Positions 11,954 to 26,402 of a DNA stretch of 46,692 nt are shown piece after piece. The DNA lies in the NCBI GenBank assembly GCA_000165425.1, contig CT868074.1:558001-604692 (forward strand). The letters run 5' to 3'. Position 1 is the stretch's first letter. Each line of letters begins with the position of its first letter. The translations under genes and the position numbers were made by a program. The stretch is from Paramecium tetraurelia (lineage: Eukaryota). The notes under the pieces were generated by a model that saw only the letters and a list, made by a program, of their open reading frames with translations, did no database searches and was not told the DNA's origin.

Positions 11954-13238
11954 ATGGTGTTGACTGCTAGACAAAGGGATGAATTAAATTAAGCAATACA
12001 TCAATATTTATTGATAAGCTATCAATAAAGTGCATAAGTGTTTAAAACTGAAGCTGTTGTTAAGGATGGCTAAATTGAGGCTGATTTATTGGAGAAAAAA
12101 TGGAATTCTATTGTAAGGTTGTCAAAAAGAGTAATAACTTTGGAATAGCAAGTAGAACAATTGAATGAATAATTAGCATAAGCTTAAGCTGGCAAAATAC
12201 AATTTAATAAATGTACATCAAATAAAGTTAAGATATAGCTGATGATGAATAAAGATTAACACCCTTTGAGAAATTTAAATTAGAAGGACATAGAGCAGGA
12301 GTGAATTGTGTGGCTTTTCATCCCTAATACTAAATTCTTGGTTCAGCAAGCGATGATGGCAGCATTAAATTATGGGATTACGAAAGTGGTCATTTCGAAA
12401 AAACATTAAAAGGACATACAAGTAATGTAAATTGTTTGGCATTTGATCCTACTGGAAAATATATTTGTAGTGCTAGTAGTGTATAATTAAATTTGATAAT
12501 AAGGATTTATCAATAAAATTATGGGAATTAAAAAACCATACCTGTGTAAAAACACTTATTGGTCATGAACATAGTGTATCAACTGTTTAATTCTCTGATC
12601 ATGGAGATTTTATATTGAGTGCTAGTAGAGATAAAAGTATCAAATTATGGGAAGTGTAGACTGGATTTTGCAAGAAAACATTCTCTGAGCATCAAGAATG
12701 GGTCAGGTGTGCTGTATTTAGTAATGATGAAAAACAAATGGCTTCTTGTTCTTAGGATTAGATGATTTATATATGGGTAATAGATAGCGGATAAATTTTG
12801 CATCAATTGAGTGGACATGAACATGTGGTTGAATAAGTCAAATATGTTCCTGAACATGGGGCCAAATAAATTCTGACTCAATAATAACAGCAAAATATTT
12901 AAACGATTAATCTATTAGTTTCTGTATCAAGAGATAAGGAAATCAAAATATGGAATACTATTTTAGGAACAAATCTGTTTACATTATCTGGACATGATAA
13001 TTGGGTCAATGGAGTTTCTTTTCATCCTGATGGAGTTCATATGCTTTCAGTATCTGATGATAAGACAATTAGAGTATATTATTTATATTGACAATAGGTA
13101 TGGAATTTGAAAGAGTAGAAACAAAAAAAGAAGATTGAAAATGCTCATGATAAGTTCATTTTGAAATGTGAAATAAATAAATTTATATTCGCCACATGTT
13201 CTGTAGACCAAACAATTAAATTATGGCTATTAAGTTGA
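11954..13238 (+). CDS. LIS1: Lissencephaly-1 homolog (LisH + WD40 dynein regulator)
   Basis: [39 protein letters not shown], and WD40 repeats ([38 protein letters not shown]). Introns at 12213-12238, 12481-12503 and 13074-13097. Confidence 0.95.
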
Positions 13239-13321
13239 TCAAATAAATAATATTTATCAAAATATGTAAAATACAGTTAATCAATTTTATATGATAATTA
13301 TGATATATTAATATAATATAA

Positions 13322-15994
13322 TCAGAATCTCCTTCTTAAACTCCATACTGATTAAATATGCTATTCAAATTGAATGTCGTCTTCAATTAACACATTTAAA
13401 TTATTATAATATCCAATGAATTCTTCAAAGGTTACGTTAGGATTTTTTACATAGTCTCCCCCAGTCTATAAAATAGTTAAAATTCATACAAAAACAATGT
13501 GATGTTATTCAAAAGTGTCTATGAATTCGCATAAAATGTCATCCTCTCTTTTTCTGTTGGCTCTGACATCAGGATGATCCTTTGCACTGAATTATTCTAT
13601 TATTTATTAAATTCTAATTACATTTAACTATATCGATGGTAGCCTTTGGAAGAGATTCAAATGCTTATTGAACAGCATTAAATTTCCTTAAACTCATCGT
13701 ACCTTAAACTTATTTAATGAATCCATCATAATTCATCATTCCATTTGTTTGGAATTATTAGAAAACTTCATCTAAAATTTAATCACTCACTTCCAGTCTC
13801 CATTACTTAAAGCAATTCTTCCATTCCTAGTATGATAAAGCATTCAAATGGGATTTATCATACAACTAAAATCTATACTATATATTTATCAATCCTCTCA
13901 ATCCTCTTTATGAAATTTTATTCTTCAAAATTTGCACACCATCCATCTTTTATTTGTTTGATTTTACACTTTGCTCTCTTTCTTATTATTACTATTGTGA
14001 TTATTATGAAATCTATGATTAAGACAGTGGGATTTATTAAAGTTATGATCCATTTTAAATTGCTTTGACATCTTCCAATGGTTTAAATATGTTAAATGAA
14101 GCTGGTTAATTATAACCTACAGAAGGTCTTGATTAAGCTAATTATTCTTGTTGGGTAAATGTTCCAAATGGTGCATTTGCAGAAACACTTCCTCCTTGTA
14201 AAACATATCGATGGTGATCTTATAAATAACTTCTTTTATGATCTGGTTCAAAAACTTACTTATTACCAGCATGATGATTCTTGCCTCCGTCTTACAGCAA
14301 TCTGAATACATTCACAATTATCTACTCGAAGTATTTATCATCAGGTATTGAGGCACTATAATTACTAAAGAATTCTAATAGTTCTTCTTTTGGAATATTT
14401 TCATGTCCAAATCCTCCATTGATATTATGTAATTATTGCAATGGTTCAAAAAAGTCTTAAACAATTTCATCATCACTTTTCTTGCCACTTTTTAGATCAG
14501 GATGATTTCTACAAATGAAGTTGTTTCTTAATGTTGACAATGTGACACAATCATTTGTTCTATATTTTTCAAATAATTATTCGATTAATTAAATTCTCTA
14601 TTATGGCATTTCACCTCTTAATACAAACATGAAACCCCATAAATCTATTAAACCAGATGATTCTCTATCGAAATATTGGAATACAAGATCTATTTCAGGG
14701 TCTGTCACTTCAATTTTATGATCTCTAATAGCCTTTCTAAATTCAGTCAAATTCAACATCCCATCATGATCAGCATCTAAGATTTTCCCAACTCTATACA
14801 AAGATATGAAACCTCTTGCTCCTCTTGATATCAATCGATTTCTGATTCTTTGTACTATTAATTCAACCTATCTGGATGTTGAGGACATCTAGGATGCATT
14901 TGACTATTGAGATTTGACTGATTTTGGAACAGATTATCGTTGTTATTGTTATTGTTATTGTTATTATTATTGTTATTGATAAGATTTTACTGATTTATCT
15001 TAAGATGGGGAAAAATTTAATTATTAGACAATTTGAGGATTGGTTATTATGTTCTATGATTCAGGGGAGTAATTGAATTATTACTATTATTATTTTACAC
15101 TTTGAGGTGGAGTACCATATTATGGAGCTTATTGTTAAAATTAATTCAAATCCCAAACAGAAGCCAGAATAGACTTAAATATTTCATCACTTGTCACATA
15201 GAATCCAAAATAAGAGTAAAAATCAAAAAAATCTTGAATTGTCAACATTTTAATTCCTCTTAATTACAGATAGACACTTAATCCTGACAAAAATTCTTCT
15301 CTAACGTCATTAGGCGATCTATTTAGTATTTTAATTTCGGGATGTCTATCTGCATTGAATCTATTCACTAACTATTGAGGATTGACTTCTCTTTATTCAA
15401 ATGTGTAAAATACATCTGACACTACTCCTTACCTGGATTAATTCAAGTATTGACCCTTAATTTAATTAATCAAGTTTGAAGCACTCATATACTCTCCATT
15501 GAATAATTAATACAACCCATCCACTTCTATATTATTCCTTTTCAAATAATCCTGCAATTGCTAAGCAGTAAATTAACTTGGTAAACTTATTGCTAAATTC
15601 AATATGCCTAAAGCCCCCTTCAATTGTAATTTAACTCTGAGTTAATCTAATGGATTTCCTGTTTGTACTATTCTTGATTCTGCTTATTCCTCTAATGATT
15701 GCTTCCCAACAACTCTATTAATAAACTCCTTATAATTTAGTTATTCATTAACAGAGTAGGTCGTCCAAAGTCTCTCTCCAAACTAAATTTAAAAAATTGA
15801 TATACTTCTTAATCTGAAATCGTAACACCAGCTTTAGCTATTGCTTTTAAAAAGTCTTGCTTTTTCAAATTCCCTTCATTGCTAAGGTCGAAGAATTTGA
15901 ATATTTTGAGGAGCACTGTTTCAACACCTATTCTTGAAGAAGCTTTGAATTAAAGTTTTGTTACAAGTTCTTTTTCAAATTGCTAAATATCCAT
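13322..15994 (-). CDS. Calcyphosin (CAPS/CAPS2)-like multi-EF-hand protein
   Basis: FKFFDLSNEG, RGARGFISLYRVGKILDADHDGMLNLTEF and FDRESSGLID. Repeated calcyphosin C-modules HPDLKSGKKSDDE / HPEIK / HPDVR and FFSNYSASIPDDKYF. Central Gln-rich linker and several tiny introns (e.g. 15783-15805). Confidence 0.85.
14941..14979 (-). repeat. Poly-Gln microsatellite (CAA/TAA) inside the calcyphosin-like gene
   Basis: Imperfect (TTATTG)n on the + strand, equal to mostly alternating CAA/TAA Gln codons on the - strand. Confidence 0.75.
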
Positions 15995-16299
15995 TTTAAC
16001 GATAATTTAAATTGTAATTTTAGAAAAGACATCTCGTCATAAGTTTCCCAATATTTACGAAAGATACTTTGTATTTTAAATATATTTAGGACAGCAATCA
16101 CCATAACCCAAAAATATAAACTTGATTCTTTAGCTTTCATACAAGTTTAATAATTTGAGTTAGATTTAACATATTTTTGAACATGAAAGATCAGAACAAT
16201 CATCTAACTCAAATAACATATAGATAATTTTAGGGATTAAAAATATCATAACTTTACTACGAATAATTTTTGTAAAATATTATAATTGACATTAATCTC

Positions 16300-17301
16300 T
16301 CACTCAAATTCTTCAGATCCAAAAGTTATTTGTTGCCACGTGTCTGATTCAAGTTCTTATTATATTAAAGCTGAATTCTAGCCCAGAAAAAATTGGATTT
16401 TCGAAAAGGGTTTTGGGCTTTGATATTCAACAGTTGGTAAGAATTACATAAATTCTATTGTGCGGCTATCGTTGAAAAGAAAATCATAAGAAAAAACAAC
16501 ATAACCTTTGTTATTTTCTAAGTGCTAAAAGGTACAGATTGGCTTAACTTTAGTTTAATATTAAAGATTTCTGATTAATTTATTGTTGTGTAAATTATAG
16601 ACTCTGACACCAAAATGATGTTACACTACCACCAAATTATTGACATTCCATATTTTTGCCTTTATTTTTTAAAAGTATTTTGGTTCAAATGATAATAAAA
16701 ATGATTTCACAACATTCAATTTAGTATTTTTCTTTCTGAATACTTTAAAGCAAATTAACTTTTATTATCTCATAATTTACATCGTTGAGAGATATGCTTC
16801 CTTATTCGAAACAAATCTCCAATCAAAGGTTGCAATATTAACCTAATATACTTCACTTAAATCCCCAAGGATATGGGATGTTTCCAATGTATCATTTGTT
16901 TATATTAATTTGTATTGAGAATCTTCTGTAAAGGATAATTTCAGACGTTTGTAAGCTTCATAAGTAATAAACTTCAATTTGTATTGCTATTTGGTATAGA
17001 GATCAAAAATAATATAATCCTATTCGCCCAAAAAAAAAATATATTTAGAATCAGGAGTGAATTGAATGGAAAATGTATCTGCATCATCATCATGCTAAAA
17101 GAGAACCTGATTGGTTTTTAAATCTCTTACTGTAGCATTGTAATATTCCTTATATTTTTCATAAAGAATTATACAGCAGACAAATCTGTTATTATTTGAG
17201 ATGATTATTTGATTTATTAGAGTATCCGCCTTGTTGGGAGGGTTTTCAATTTTAGTTTGATATACTTTGACAATGCAAATATTTTGGGATTCGAATTACA
17301 T
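16300..17301 (-). CDS. Divergent WD40-like beta-propeller protein (333 aa)
   Basis: 1002-nt intronless ORF with propeller-type strings IISNNNRFV, VRDLKTNQ, IQFTPDSKYIFF..IIFDL and VRVYNLHNNKLIRNL. Confidence 0.6.
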
Positions 17302-17322
17302 TTATTAATATAATCAAATAAA

Positions 17323-18469
17323 ATGGAGTTTAACTTAAGAAATGAATAAATGATAGCATATCATAGAAATAGAGAGGATTATGAACCATAACCTGAGGAT
17401 TGTTTATAATTTGCTTATGGCGATCGTAGATATGTGAAGATGACAAACTAAATTTTTGCAAGTGATGATGTTTTGAAACTGAAGAATTTAGAGGAAATCA
17501 ATGAAGATTTGTAATCCTAATATTTATTAAAATGATAATAGTCATAGAGGAGACTTTATAACCTTGGCATTGTTATCTAGTGATATACTGGATGTTTTAA
17601 TGAGTCATTTATCCAATCCTCATGAGAGAATTCGAGAACTCTCTTCGAGTGCAATTGTAAATATATTTTGAACTATAAAAAGGTGTTGATTAGTTCAATA
17701 AAATTTGGAAGGGATAAGATAATGGAAAAGTTTTATGTTCCAACAATAATGAAACTTCTGAATGATTAAGTTGTTAATATTAGAAAAAATGGATACCTCA
17801 GTTTATTAAACATGACTGAATTTTAATAAGGTAATTATAATATTCAAAATTGTAGGAGTTGATCATGTTTATGCGTAGGGTATTTTGGTACCATTGGTTA
17901 ACAAATTGGTTGAAGAAAGTGTTGAGGATTTATTGACTTTGGATTTGCAATTGTTGGAGAAAATATTGTATTGTGGAGATGCCTAAGTCGAAATTCTAAA
18001 AACTTAAGCTATCAAGAGATTAACATAACTTTTAAAACGATCTAATTTTAAGTTGAGATCCTTGGCTTGTAAGAATCTAGCTTGCATTTCATATGATGCA
18101 AATGGGAAATTAGATGTTATCAATTAAGGGTGTGTTCTTGAATTGTGTGAACGATTATTAGACGATCATAATGAAGTCATCACTAATGCAACAATGGCTT
18201 TGGCTAGTTTAGCATAGCATAATGAATGCAAATTTCAAATGATGGATAATAATAAGCTAGACATTGTTATTTAATTGCTTAGTCACAACGATCACTAAAT
18301 CAAATTAAATAGTGTTCAATTAGTAACTAGTCTTGCTGAACATCCAAAAGGAAGAAAGGAATGTTATAAATGTTTGCCTACTCTTTAGAACTTTTCAACT
18401 GATCCTTAATATGAGTACATCAGTCCTTATGCTATCTAGGCCATCGAAGTCATTAAGTGGGAACCTTGA
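17323..18469 (+). CDS. RSPH14: Radial spoke head 14 homolog (armadillo repeats)
   Basis: N-terminal FAYGDRRYVKM, ARM repeats (VRSLACKNLACIS...GK, LAEHPKGRK) and C-terminal AIEVIKWEP. Introns at 17511-17541, 17657-17682 and 17831-17855. Confidence 0.85.
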
Positions 18470-18502
18470 AAAATAAATTATAATATATATTTATTATTAT
18501 TA

Positions 18503-19382
18503 ATGGAAAGAGATCCCTTTTATAGCAATGAGTAATAAAATGAATTGCGACCCTATAAGCCAAGTAAGTTTTGAAAACAAAATAAGCGTAGGAATAAACC
18601 TTCTTTGAGAGATTTTCATACTAATCCTTAACATTCAAAACTACTGTTGTTTAATTCATAATATTCTTTTTAACTATTTTTCACACAGTTTATTTGACTG
18701 AAAAATATTTGGAAGACGATGAGGATGAATCTGATATTTATAGTTTTGAATGTGTATTGTACACTTGGGGTTCAAAACACACTCCCTCAATTATATACCG
18801 TTTTTAATTTTGGAGATTAGTCTGTCCTATATTTCTTCATGGATCCTTTTCACATATTATAGGCAATATGATGGTTCAAATATATTACGGGTTCATTTTA
18901 GAATTAACGCATGGATGGAAAAGAGTTTCAATTCTCTACATTGTAGGAGGAATAGGAGCTTCCTTATTCTCGTGCGTTAGATTTTATTCTGAGACATCTG
19001 TAGGAGCTAGTGGATCAATATTCGCTTTGTTAGCTCTTGAGTTAATCTATTTTATAACTGCTTTTCCTGGAATTGAACCAAAAAGAATTGTTGTATTTAT
19101 TTTATTAGCTCCCATGATTTTCTTATCTTTCATTGATGCTCCTCCTCAAGTTGATATTGCTGGTCATCTTGGAGGACTTGTTGTAGGATTGCTTATAGGA
19201 ATAGGATATGCATTTGCTGATGCTCAAAGCAATATGTATTATTTCATAATATCAATAGCAAAAAATAATGCTAATACATTTTTTACGGTTTGGTTGGACT
19301 TTTGTTTATTTATATTTTCACCATCCTCTACCAGGCTAAATCAGAAGATGAATAAATATGCTAAGGAATGAATATTATTTGA
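18503..19382 (+). CDS. Rhomboid intramembrane serine protease
   Basis: QFWRLVCPIFLHGSFSHIIGNM, catalytic VGASG and AGHLGGLVVG. Two 23-nt introns (near 18564 and 19236) give 277 aa with a final TM helix. Confidence 0.93.
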
Positions 19383-19420
19383 ATTCCAATATAATTTTAC
19401 ATAAACTATAATATATATAA

Positions 19421-20529
19421 ATGAATTATGTAATTAAATAAACAGACTTATTTTTAAGGGGACTAAAGACTTGCCACTCAATTGATTAGAACTTGTATTG
19501 TTACTTTTCCACTAATGGTATATAACAATATACAAAAATTTAGGAATTTTATTGTTGAATAATTATCAATAATTTGAAGATGTTGATGCTAAAAAGCCCA
19601 CATTTTTTTTTTATCTCAAGTCAAACTCATTCGAAAAACTTCAAACTAATTCAATTCATTATAAAATGCCGTAAAACTTGTCTCCAGATGTCTAAATTAA
19701 ACTATAAAAACTAAATGCCTCTTTGGATAAATTAGTTTTCGAAATAAACATACTATAGCTATATACAAGTTTAAAACCCTTTAAAAAATAAATCAAAAAA
19801 ATAGAGATTTAAGTTTATTACACTATTTCCCAATTAAGAGTCTTACAAAAATTTAAGATGATTGTATTTTTCAAGGATTCATTTTTTACTATTGAATGCC
19901 CAATCATTTAATTAGATGAAATTGAGTAAATGGAATCTATCAGAAAATATATGGAAAAAAGAAAACACTTGGAAGTATTGGAAGTTGATCCAAAAATCTC
20001 AGAATACTTGAATGATTTCAATTAAAAAGAAGCAATTTAATTGATATTGAAAAAGAACAGCATTGAAATTCATTTAAACAGTGAAAAGTAGGAAACATCT
20101 CTTGAATTAAATAGTGGGTTTTTAACTTAATATAAGTTTGATGATTTCTTTAACATTTACAAAAATGTTAATACTATCAATATAGAACCGAATGTTTTAA
20201 CTCCTTTTCATGGATACGGATTCAAAGTCTCAATTTCTAGAGACAGTGATCAAAAATCCAGAATATTTATTTCTCAAGATTGGCAAGATTAAGTTAGTAT
20301 GGTTTTGAAATCCATTACAACTCTTATTAACAAGATAAAGGTCATCTCCATTTTAGATGATGATCATAATGATGATGAATTGTATACTTTATTTTTATTT
20401 AATTTTAGACTCGACATTATAGCTGAATATTAGGTTGATAGAGTACAGGAACAAGAGTCTATTATGGAAGATGAACAAATATAAGAACAATAGATAAGAA
20501 AGAAAATAAAAATGAATTTTAAAAATTGA
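19421..20529 (+). CDS. PCNA-fold checkpoint clamp subunit, Rad9-like (divergent)
   Basis: The N-terminus LFLRGLKTCHSIDQNLYCYFSTNGILLLNN...TFFFYLKSNSFEKL parallels the Rad9 pattern F.RA...LS.I..ELY......L.L...N...F.F...FF..Y. About 350 aa, with an acidic tail and basic RKKIK. Introns at 19518-19543 and 20382-20408. Confidence 0.5.
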
Positions 20530-20640
20530 TTCTCATTTTTATTCAAAATTAATGCTAATTTATTATGTAATGATAATATAGTGATGAATAAGATTATGTG
20601 AAAATTTAATGTACTATTTTGTAATAATAGCTTGATTAAA

Positions 20641-20956
20641 TCACTTTTTCTATGTATTTTTAACTTTTGGTTATGCTTAAGTTCCTGCTCTAAAACCATT
20701 CTTTGCTCTTCTAGCAATTGATTTCAAATATCTCATTCTTCCTGTTCCAGTTGATCTACGTCTGGCGACCTTTTCACCCCATCCACTGTCTAATATTGTA
20801 TTAATTTATTTTAATACAGAGTCTTAATCTAGCAGCTGGGTATCCACATGATGCGCATCTGTTTTTTTAAATGTGGAATGTTTATCTACCACATCTCTTG
20901 CAGAAAGTATGAGTCTTTTAATGTCTTTTACCGATTGCTGGTGTACCTCTTGCCAT
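20641..20956 (-). CDS. RPL37: 60S ribosomal protein L37 (eL37)
   Basis: [45 protein letters not shown]...[13 protein letters not shown]. Intron at 20790-20817. Confidence 0.98.
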
Positions 20957-21138
20957 TTAATTATTTAATAAAAGATTTAATTTTATGAAATAATCTCATA
21001 ACACTAAGAAAAATAAAGATGATAAGAAATCTTTTGTAATATAGGTAATATGAATTATTAGTTATAAACAATCCAGATCATCGTTAATCCAAAAGATTTC
21101 TTAATTAAAAATATACAATATGTTTATCTAAAACACAT

Positions 21139-22070
21139 TCATTTTTTTTTGGTTTTTTGTTTTAATCTATTTATCCATTCTTAAGACACATTTATTTCCT
21201 TTTTTTCAATATTTGCTTTTGCCTAAAAGTATTCTTCTAGGTTTTATTCAAATTTTTTATATTCATTAAGTTTGGTGTTGCTTTCCTACTAACCTTTCTT
21301 TCCTACCAAATTACTATTTTGAACAATTAAAGGCGCATTTTCGTTATTATTGGTGGTACTTATTGTGATAGAGGGTCTCTATTGTTTTGTATCGTCATAA
21401 TAGCTTAAGCAATCTTACTATTTTTCATTGAGAAGCTATATAAATAACTATAATCGCTCCTTTGTTTTAGAATATATTTGAGTTTGTGAATAGAACTTTT
21501 TATCTAATACTTACTTCAATGAAATCAAAAAGTCCTATGTTTTACATCAGATTCTTACATTCACTTCTTTGTTCCTCAAAACTATATTGGTAAATGAGTA
21601 TTTCATGAGTCTCAAACAATGAATTGATTAAGAAATTTTTTCTTTGTGTGAAAATGATTTCACTACCTCTTGCAATTCTTTATGCTTTAACTAAGTTACC
21701 TTATAAGATTTTTCCAGCTCTCTAATTATGGTGACATAATCTTTAAGATGTTTGATATCAATAGGTTTTGTAATTTAAGAAAATTACTTAATATGTTAAA
21801 GAATTTTCTAGCATAAAATTTAAGTATTACTTCCATGTAAATCCTAACCGATTTGTATATTTAGTCGAAAAAGAAATCATATTATTCTATTTATTAGAAT
21901 GTGTAAGTAAAGTACTACTGCAATTCTTTGTACGTATAGTTCTCCACAAATATTAATTCAATTATTTATGTCAAATAGCATTATTATTCTATGATATCAT
22001 AATTTGTTTCATCTGTCGAAGGTGTCTCACATCGCAGAATCTCCTTGCTTATTGTGCATTACATATTCAT
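21139..22070 (-). CDS. Hypothetical protein (294 aa)
   Basis: ATG..TGA frame restored by a 23-nt intron and a 24-nt intron (21535-21558). C-terminus VSQEWINRLKQKTKKK. Confidence 0.65.
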
Positions 22071-23308
22071 AATTTTTAAATACAAAAATAATTAAAAAAT
22101 TCCACACACTCAATAGAGATCAATTATTGCAATTAAAATTAATCCCAATTAATAGATTTTCTATACTCCTCATCTTCAAGAAGATTAGCAGACAAATACA
22201 TAATAAATATAATTATTTATTTCATATCTTTGTTTTACTCCTCTTTTACTCCTCCATAATAAAAAAAAGAACACCTTTAAGAATACTGATTACTTCATTA
22301 AAATTATGTTAATTTTATTCTTTTTATCTCAATTGCCTTAATAAATTACAATAACTAAATATATTTAAAGCAATACTTAATATACTTTTATCTTCATTTA
22401 TTTTTGTAATGAGCAATACCTTACAGGTTTTGCTATTACAATTCTATCTTATTTGATTCATTAAATCGATATATACAAAACTTTCATATTTTCTTATCTG
22501 TATAACAGACCTTTATTATGTAATTACTAAAGGTGTCGATTGAAATATCTTGATTTCTAAAATCTAAAAAAGACATTACTAAATGAAAAAAGAACTTAGA
22601 CTCAAAATATAAAAATACCTGGAATATTGACAATAATGAATCCAATAATCTTTGTTAGCTTAACTATTGATAGATTTTGTTAAGTTTAGAAAGAAACTAT
22701 TAAAGTCTCAGAGAGGTTTCTTCATATTCAGTGATGCTAGTATCTATTCTATAAGAATTTGATATCATACATTGTTTATTTCATACTTTGCATCTATGTT
22801 GTAAATCTAAATTTACAAATTTAATTTCAATTTCATTTAATCATTATTATTTAAAGCATGAGATCTATATTATAATTTTCCTTTTAGATCAATATTAGAT
22901 TTAGAATATGCATGTAGAAGCATCACATTTAATCTCGTTTAAAAATGGTTGTGGTATTCAGTGAGGTGGAATAAGATCTCTAAATTTATATGGATAACAT
23001 CCTTCAAGATATTTTAATTGTTGTCTAATGTTCCTCTATATTTACTTAAAATAATCGTGACATATATTTATAAACAAATTTTATTTAATTAAGATAAATA
23101 ATTTGAATAATACAATATAACATGTCTTGTGTTTCATTTAAAGGGTTTATATCATCTATTCCTCAGTTTTTATGAAGCTTTTTATAAATCATAATTCTTA
23201 ATATAATACTAAAATGAAATCAATGCTTTGAGAAGTTTAAGGCTTAATAACTTTGAGATTCGACAAAAATTATGATTTTTCAAATAAATTAGTAAAAATA
23301 TTAAAATT

Positions 23309-24024
23309 TCAAACTTCAAGCTCAAGTTACTTCTAAAATTCTGCCATTTGTTTTTCTAATTCAAGCATATCACATTACAATTCATCGTAGTTGTTGGTTG
23401 ATTCTAATAAGGAATTTAATTATTAAATATCGGATGAGGGAGGAGGTTACAATTACTTTGAATACCCATTCAACTATTTATGGATTTCTGTAGAAAAGCT
23501 TTAAATTTCAGCTAAACTTTATTCTAAAAATCCATCACAAGTCCATTTTGTAATGCAAGTTGCAGGTACCTTGTATTCTAAAATGATAATTTGTTGATAC
23601 TTGATAATTATTATTAGAGTTCTTAATCGGTGATACAATTTGAGATTGATTAATCAATAACTTTTATATCTTCTTAGAATTTTGTATATATCTTATTTCT
23701 TTTGTTTTCAAAATCAATTGCTCTTTCTTCAAATGTTTTATGATTAATCTCTGTTGGTTTAATTTGGTTTATTTGCTTCTATATTTGTTAAGCTGTAAGA
23801 TTTAATTTGTTTAAGGTATAATCTCTCACTTTATCAACTTCCTCTTTTGTAAAGGTAACCTATATTGAGCTAATTTTCTTTTTTCTATCTTCGATTTCTT
23901 TGATAAAATGATTCTTTGTATCCTCATCAAAACACAAATTAGCAGCACAATATTTCTAAACAATTCTTATTGGCGAATGATCATCAGAGGAATCAAAAAT
24001 TCTCTTGCGTTTTTAAATAGACAT
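23309..24024 (-). CDS. Hypothetical protein with N-terminal KRKR (230 aa)
   Basis: MSIQKRKRIFDSSDD..., one 23-nt intron near 23578-23600, and a coiled-coil-like C-terminus. Confidence 0.65.
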
Positions 24025-24099
24025 TTAATTCGTTAATTTATTTATTAATCATCTGTTAAAGAAAGCATTTTATAATTAATAAAAATGTGAAAATATTAA

Positions 24100-26402
24100 T
24101 CATACTTAGGATGAGTGATGTCTTGGAGTTGTTCTAATTTAGTTTGTTGAGATCGATCTGACTTTAGGTAATTGTTATTGCTCTCCTCCATTTTATAGAA
24201 TAAAGGTCGTTGAAGTATTATGCAAAGCTGGCCTATTAGATTACCTAGTTACTTATTTTGTTCTTGAAAATTTAAATTGTGTGTTAGCTGCTTTCTTGAT
24301 ATCAGATTTATAATGAGAATCATCAGATTATCTATGCATTATAGTGGGTTAATTTCTAAAGATATTATAAATTTATTTTGAATTTTCAACTTCCTATTAT
24401 AATTATTTGATCACTTCATTTAATCGCTAAATTTATTACTAATACTGCTCCATCATGTAAGCATATTCACCTATAACCTATTATTATTGTTTAGACTCTT
24501 CTTTAGTTTGTGTTATGGTTGATTATTGCTATTCAATTTTCTTTTTCGCTTCATTCAATGCCTTTTGATCTTAAATCCTGATTATTTCGAAGCTTTCTTT
24601 TTCTAGTTACAGCTTTTTTAATTCATCATTAACTTTATTAAATCTTTCTTCGAAAGCTGCAGTTAATTATTATTTTCCAATTGAATGATTGCTTCTAAGC
24701 ATCTCTAATTATTATTCATGTGACTTTTTTAGTTCATAAGTATTATCTTATAATGAAATGATTAATTAGTTCAATTAATCAATAATTTTAGCATCTTCGT
24801 TAGCTTAATTCTGTAAGTTTTGAATTTAAATCACATAATGTTAAGTTTTATTTTCAAATTCAACATTGAGTTTTTCCAAGTCATTATTTTATTTAATTTT
24901 TTATGCCTCTAACTCCCTTTGTTTTAATAAAGTGAGTTCCTCGATCTATAATTTTTATTGCTTGCTTTCTCTTAAAAATTTCTATTCATAATCTTTGGCT
25001 AATTTAGCAGCCTTTTAATCAAATTATAACTTTAAGGCATTTAATTTCTCTTAAAATGACTTTTCCAAAGCTTGCAATTTAATGGTTTGACTTTCTAATT
25101 GATTTCCATATTGTGAAAGCATCAATTCATAGTCTTCAATTACATCTTTAATTGCCGTATCGTCATGTTAAATCATTGTTTCTTTATATAATAATTAATC
25201 AGGATTTATCAATTTATTAGGATAGAGCAATTATTCATATTTAATTCTTTGTTTGTTTAATCTTTCTTGATAAGTTTTATCTATCTTAACATTCATATCA
25301 GATAATTCTTTGATGCATAACTCTTTTTTTCCTATTTGAGAGTTTTTCTCTTTAATTGTAGTTTCTTATTCAGAAATTAGATTTTCAAATTTAGTTTACT
25401 ATTCAGCGTATTAATCTCTCTAATTCTTAATATATTATTAAAGTTCGATTTCTTTTTTATTTAGTTTTTCAATCTATTATTTTAAGGACTCTATCAAATT
25501 CATAAGATTAGTTTTTTCTAAATTTAATGCTGTAATTTCATCTCTATTACTCTTTAAAGTTTATAATAAATTTTCAACTTAGCGATTTAATTTAGTTATG
25601 TTTTTTTATTATTATGAGCATTATTAAGCTAAGAGTCCATTGTCTTATTTTATATTTTACAATTCTGTTAAATGTTGTCGATTTTTAATATCTAATTTTT
25701 AAATTTAATCATTTAATTCTTTTAGTTGTTTCGAGAATTCTGTTTAGTTTTATCTTTCTTATTTGTCAAATTAATTAACTAATTCTTGCTTTTATTTTTT
25801 TAATTTCTATTGATATTCATCATCTAATTGTTAATATTTTTTAGAAATTTCATCCTTTTCAAGTTCAATCAATTGAATTAAATCTTTAAATTTGATTTCT
25901 TGGTTTTCTAGTTTTTTATTGAATTCTAATTTTAGTGTTATTTAATGATCTGAATTCTTTTTTTATTCTAAATTGAATTATTCCAATTATTTTGTTATTG
26001 TTTGCTCATGCTTAAGGATTGTAGCATTTAGTTTTTCAATCTCATTTCTAGTTTCCTCATCTTGTTGTTAAATAAATAATTTAAACATTTTATTTTCAGT
26101 TTCTAATTCTTGTATCTGTTCCAAATAATTCTCGATATCTTTCTTTAACCATTCATAAACATCTACCATATCACTCAAATTAATTTGAAGATGACGCTCT
26201 TTTTTGTAACTTAATAATTGAGCAAAATCTAATCGCCTTTGTTCCATATAGTATTGTAAGGCATGAATGCTTTCCTTTAATTTTGAGTTACTCTCAACTA
26301 ATGGCTGATTATTTAGTATAAAATTACAGTTAACTATGATTCCAAATATTTCACATTATCATTTGCTTACTTTAGCTTTCTATCCTTATCATCTTCGAAC
26401 AT
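24100..26402 (-). CDS. Long coiled-coil protein (about 759 aa)
   Basis: Q/E/K/L-rich heptad-like ORF in code 6 with one 23-nt intron near 26305-26327. The length is consistent with frame. Confidence 0.7.

Noticed and set aside
22120..23290. Possible gene between the two minus-strand hypotheticals
   Set aside because: Coding-like fragments occur on both strands (e.g. MKKELRLKIQKYLEY on +), but every model I tried hits TGA. It may be a pseudogene, but I cannot support a call.
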